DNA of 62,680 bases from a virus. Position numbers and translations under genes: made by a program. This document shows, piece by piece, positions 59,786 through 62,680 of this stretch. Under the pieces are notes generated by a model. The model saw only the letters and a list, made by a program, of their open reading frames with translations. It was not told the DNA's origin and did no database searches. The stretch is from IMG/VR virus record IMGVR_UViG_3300050019_000092, positions 1 through 62,680 of that record. One strand, 5' to 3'. Numbering within the stretch: position 1 is the first letter of the stretch; each line of letters begins with the position of its first letter.

Positions 59786-60197
59786 GCCGGAAAAGCCCGA
59801 GACCGAGGCCGTTACGGGCTCGGAAGTCACGAAGATGATAACCAAGTCCGCCCTGGCGAGCATCCTCGCACTCGATAAACGGACCAAGGCGCAGCAATCC
59901 GAACTGGCCGGCGAGCTCGGCAATAAGATTGCGCACGCGGTCGAGACCTATGGAACCAACCGCAAGGCGCTCGGCATGATCCGCCAGCTTAACCGGATGG
60001 AACCGGAGAAACTGGCCGATTTCCTCGACCATTTCGACTACATGCTGGATGTCAGCGGGCTCGAAAAGCGGGCCGAGTCGGTGCAGCGTCTGCCGCTGGC
60101 CGAAGGCAAGGACGAGGCCGAAGAGCCCGAGGCGCCGGAGGTTCCCGATGGCAAGGTGTCGCGGCCGCAGTTCGGGGCCCGGCAGGCGGCCGAGTGA
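59757..60197 (+). CDS. Hypothetical acidic protein (146 aa)
   Basis: Internal ATG of ORF 59718..60197 after AAAGGTAGCC. Confidence 0.55.
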   Translation: MAKRKKAGIEPEKPETEAVTGSEVTKMITKSALASILALDKRTKAQQSELAGELGNKIAHAVETYGTNRKALGMIRQLNRMEPEKLADFLDHFDYMLDVSGLEKRAESVQRLPLAEGKDEAEEPEAPEVPDGKVSRPQFGARQAAE

Positions 60198-60691
60198 GCC
60201 TCGCGCTCGACCTTTTTGCTGTAATGCCGGGGGCAGGCCCACAGCCTGCCCCCTATTGCGTAATCGAGCATCCGGGGCCCCCGGTGCCAAAAGGTCGCCC
60301 ACGGTTCCGCTACGTGCCTCCTGGGGCGAATGGGAGGCCAGGATTCGTCCATGTCTATACCCCCAAGGAAACCGAGGTTTACGAGACTGCCCTGAAATGG
60401 CGGGGTAAGGCGGCCATGCGGGGCCGGCCGATGCTCGAGGGGCCGCTCGCCGTCCGAGTGTTTGCCATGCTTCCGATCCCGCAAAGCTGGTCGGGCAAGA
60501 AGCGGGACGCCGCGCTTGCCGGCATCATCAAGCCGACCAGCCGGCCCGACTTCGATAATTATGCCAAGAGCGCGATTGATGGTTTGACCGATGCGATTTG
60601 GAAGGACGACAGCCAGATCGTCGTGGCCGTGGTGGTGAAAGAATACTGCGAGCAGCCGGGGCTCATCGTCGAGGTGTTTAAGCTGGATTAG
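60194..60691 (+). CDS. rusA: RusA-family Holliday junction resolvase
   Basis: Contains PKGRPRF...KPTSRPDFDNYAKSAIDGLTDAIWKDDSQIV. Confidence 0.8.
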   Translation: MSLALDLFAVMPGAGPQPAPYCVIEHPGPPVPKGRPRFRYVPPGANGRPGFVHVYTPKETEVYETALKWRGKAAMRGRPMLEGPLAVRVFAMLPIPQSWSGKKRDAALAGIIKPTSRPDFDNYAKSAIDGLTDAIWKDDSQIVVAVVVKEYCEQPGLIVEVFKLD

Positions 60692-60809
60692 TTCCACCGT
60701 TCAATAGCGGCATGGTTGATAAAGCGGCATCGTCTAAAGCTATAGGACATCGGTGTAAGCCGATAATGCGGGTAGCGACAAAACCCGCTGCTGCGAGCCG
60801 AAAGGCAAA

Positions 60810-61424
60810 GTGACCATGCGGGGCGAATTGACTGGGGAGAAGACCACAATGTTCGGCCTAGAATACGGTCATTATCGCTGTATAGCGATCGATCCGCCCT
60901 GGGATTTTAAGTCCAACAGCAAAGCCAACCCTGGCCGCAATGCGCGCCGGCACTATGCGACCATGTCGCTGGCCGAGCTCGCTGCCATGCCTGTCGGGGA
61001 TCTAGCGGCGCCCGACTGCGCGCTGTTCTTGTGGATTACCGGGCCAATGCTGGCGATCGGCGCTCATTTGCCGCTCATGAAGGCTTGGGGCTTCAAGCCC
61101 TCGGGGATGGGCTTTGTCTGGATCAAACTCAATCCCCACGCGGCGTCGCTGTTCATGCTCAAGTCGGATCTAGCAATGGGCGGTGGGTTCACGACACGCA
61201 AAGGGGCGGAATTCGTTTTGATCGGCAAACGCGGCCGCTCGGTGCGCCGAGACGCCGGCGTGCACGAGGTCATCATCGAGCCGCGGCGGGAGCACAGTCG
61301 AAAACCGGCGCAGTTCTTTGATCGTGTCGAGCGATATTCGGATGGCCCATATCTCGAGCTATTCGCGCGCGCGGAACGGCCCGGCTGGACGGTGTGGGGC
61401 GACCAAGTCGGCAAATTCTCCTAG
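60810..61424 (+). CDS. MT-A70 family N6-adenine DNA methyltransferase
   Basis: Contains IAIDPPWDF, ...EHSRKP and ELFARAERPGWTVWGDQ. The start is uncertain (60810, 60816 or 60849). Confidence 0.9.
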   Translation: MTMRGELTGEKTTMFGLEYGHYRCIAIDPPWDFKSNSKANPGRNARRHYATMSLAELAAMPVGDLAAPDCALFLWITGPMLAIGAHLPLMKAWGFKPSGMGFVWIKLNPHAASLFMLKSDLAMGGGFTTRKGAEFVLIGKRGRSVRRDAGVHEVIIEPRREHSRKPAQFFDRVERYSDGPYLELFARAERPGWTVWGDQVGKFS

Positions 61425-61574
61425 TGTGTCTGCCGTCTCCGATATCTATTAGTGGTGGCTTCCTTTCCGGCCTGAATTGAGCGAAGGTTTGAGTCGCTGG
61501 GCGTCGCGGCTGATCCCCGCCATGCCTGTCCTACCAGGGACGTCCAGTCCATCTTTCGCCCGTAGGAGGGCACA

Positions 61575-62288
61575 TTGGCCGAATACCCATATTTACCGCT
61601 ATTCGTTACTGATTATAGGTCAGACACTGACCATCTTTCCGACGCCGAACATGGAATTTACCTTCAGATTTTGATGTTAATTTGGCAGTCGCCGGACTGC
61701 CGCATTCCCGATGACGACGAATGGCTCGCGCGTCGTTTCCGGCGCGATGCGAACGCAGTCCGTTTGCAAGTTCGACCTCTCATTTCAGAATTTTGCCAAG
61801 TTCAAAACAGATGGGTGACACAGAAGCGTCTAACCTATGAGTGGAAGTGGCGAAGAGAGAAGTCTAAAAAGAACACCGCCGCGGCTAACCATCGGTGGCA
61901 TAAAGAAAAAGACATAAGCGAACGCAGTACCACTGTGCATGACGTTCGCAATGCCACTACCCTACCCTACCCTATAGAAAGAAAGAAAGAAGATACCGCT
62001 GACGCGGTATTGCCCTTGGAAAAGTATGAGTTTGAGAGCGGCGTTATTCGGCTCTGCAAAAAAGACTTTGAAAAGTGGAAATCTGCCTTTCCCTCACTTG
62101 ACCTTAAGGCCGAACTTCTAAGCCTCACGGTTTGGGCAAACGATCAAGGTCAAAAGTGGTTCTTCGCCGTCTCCTCGGCGCTGGCGAAGCGCAATCGGGA
62201 ACAGAAAATAAAACTCGAACAAGCCAAGGCGGCCGGGAAGGGTGGCTTGCGTCACACTTTGGCCGATCCACTGGCGGGGATCATCTGA
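61575..62288 (+). CDS. DUF1376 (YdaU-like) replication-associated protein
   Basis: The N-terminus YLPLFVTDYRSDTDHLSDAEHGIYLQILMLIWQ is typical of DUF1376. TTG start. It lies upstream of the helicase. Confidence 0.6.
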   Translation: MAEYPYLPLFVTDYRSDTDHLSDAEHGIYLQILMLIWQSPDCRIPDDDEWLARRFRRDANAVRLQVRPLISEFCQVQNRWVTQKRLTYEWKWRREKSKKNTAAANHRWHKEKDISERSTTVHDVRNATTLPYPIERKKEDTADAVLPLEKYEFESGVIRLCKKDFEKWKSAFPSLDLKAELLSLTVWANDQGQKWFFAVSSALAKRNREQKIKLEQAKAAGKGGLRHTLADPLAGII

Positions 62289-62680
62289 TGTTGCAAAAAA
62301 CGCCTGGCTTAATGCGTCACGATCAGGTCGGCTATCATGCACTAGCGGATTTGCCGCAACGAGATTCTGTGGCGTCTATCGCCAAAAGTACGGGATGGGA
62401 TGAGTTGGATGAGATTTTCAAAATGTACCCAGGGCAGTTCGTTGTGGTGACGGGTGTGGCTGGTCACGGCAAGTCGACACTATTGCTAAATATAGTTTGC
62501 AACGTCGCGGTGCAGGGTGTGAAATCGTTTTTGTACGTTCCAGAAAACGAGGCTTTCATCCGCGATAAACTCAGCATGATTTGGGGTGATCGGCCAGCTT
62601 GGGAGGTGTTCAGCGAAACGCAATGTTTTGTGCAGTCAGCAATTCGGGACGACTTTGAGCAAGAGCCACGCACCCTCGAT
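62288..62680 (+). CDS. DnaB-like replicative helicase, N-terminal portion (continues at base 128 of the window through the overlap)
   Basis: ATGA overlap start. Walker A is VVVTGVAGHGKSTLLLN. Confidence 0.8.
   Translation, partial: MLQKTPGLMRHDQVGYHALADLPQRDSVASIAKSTGWDELDEIFKMYPGQFVVVTGVAGHGKSTLLLNIVCNVAVQGVKSFLYVPENEAFIRDKLSMIWGDRPAWEVFSETQCFVQSAIRDDFEQEPRTLD
62554..62680. repeat. Second copy of the 127-bp terminal overlap
   Basis: Identical to bases 1-127. Confidence 0.95.

Noticed and set aside
60692-61574. tRNA or other small RNA genes in the larger gaps (60692-60809, 61425-61574, 18056-18230 and 26122-26371)
   Set aside because: I could not fold any of them into a cloverleaf with acceptor, anticodon and T arms (no GTTCGAAT-type T-loop). 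Only short generic hairpins are present. A formal tRNAscan or Infernal run is still advisable.

Overview
The window is a complete, circularly closed tailed-phage genome. Bases 1-127 are identical to 62554-62680, so the unique length is about 62,553 bp. GC content is moderately high, with several sharply AT-rich islands. The layout is podovirus-like, with no tape-measure or sheath genes.

A rightward late block runs from about 8.2 to 51.4 kb. It holds the small terminase, large terminase, portal, scaffold, an N4-gp56-type major capsid protein, a run of large internal or ejection-type virion proteins, a lytic transglycosylase, tail fibres and a lysis cassette. It is interrupted by cargo islands.

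The early and replication genes occupy the rest of the circle:
- a leftward operon at 2.7-6.0 kb with a C5 DNA methyltransferase
- rightward small genes plus a DnaQ-like exonuclease at 6.0-8.2 kb
- a leftward block at 51.4-59.3 kb with small proteins, an HNH-like nuclease, and a RecT-like protein with a PD-(D/E)XK exonuclease
- a rightward replication block from 59.5 kb across the junction to 2.7 kb, with RusA, an MT-A70 methylase, a DUF1376 protein, a DnaB-like helicase and a ParB-methylase fusion

I saw no rRNA, tRNA, CRISPR array, tyrosine integrase, DNA polymerase or RNA polymerase.

The most unusual observations are:
1. A four-CxxC, His-Me-finger (HNH-like) ORF lies in the +1 frame inside the 1069-aa internal virion protein gene.
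2. A short peptide motif, PFGS[LM][AS]PG, sits at the extreme termini of several virion proteins and is encoded with different codons each time.
3. An exact 13-nt element, CGGGTTTTCCCGC, occurs three times, always in early control regions.
4. Large cargo blocks split terS, terL and portal: an O-antigen-ligase module, and a SAM-methyltransferase plus DUF115 (Maf-like) pair next to a glycine-rich repeat protein.
5. Sec-type signal peptides occur on proteins inside the structural module, including both tail fibres.
6. There are at least three DNA methyltransferases of different chemistries, one with a low-GC catalytic cassette.

All functional calls come from motifs I recognised by eye. No database search was run.
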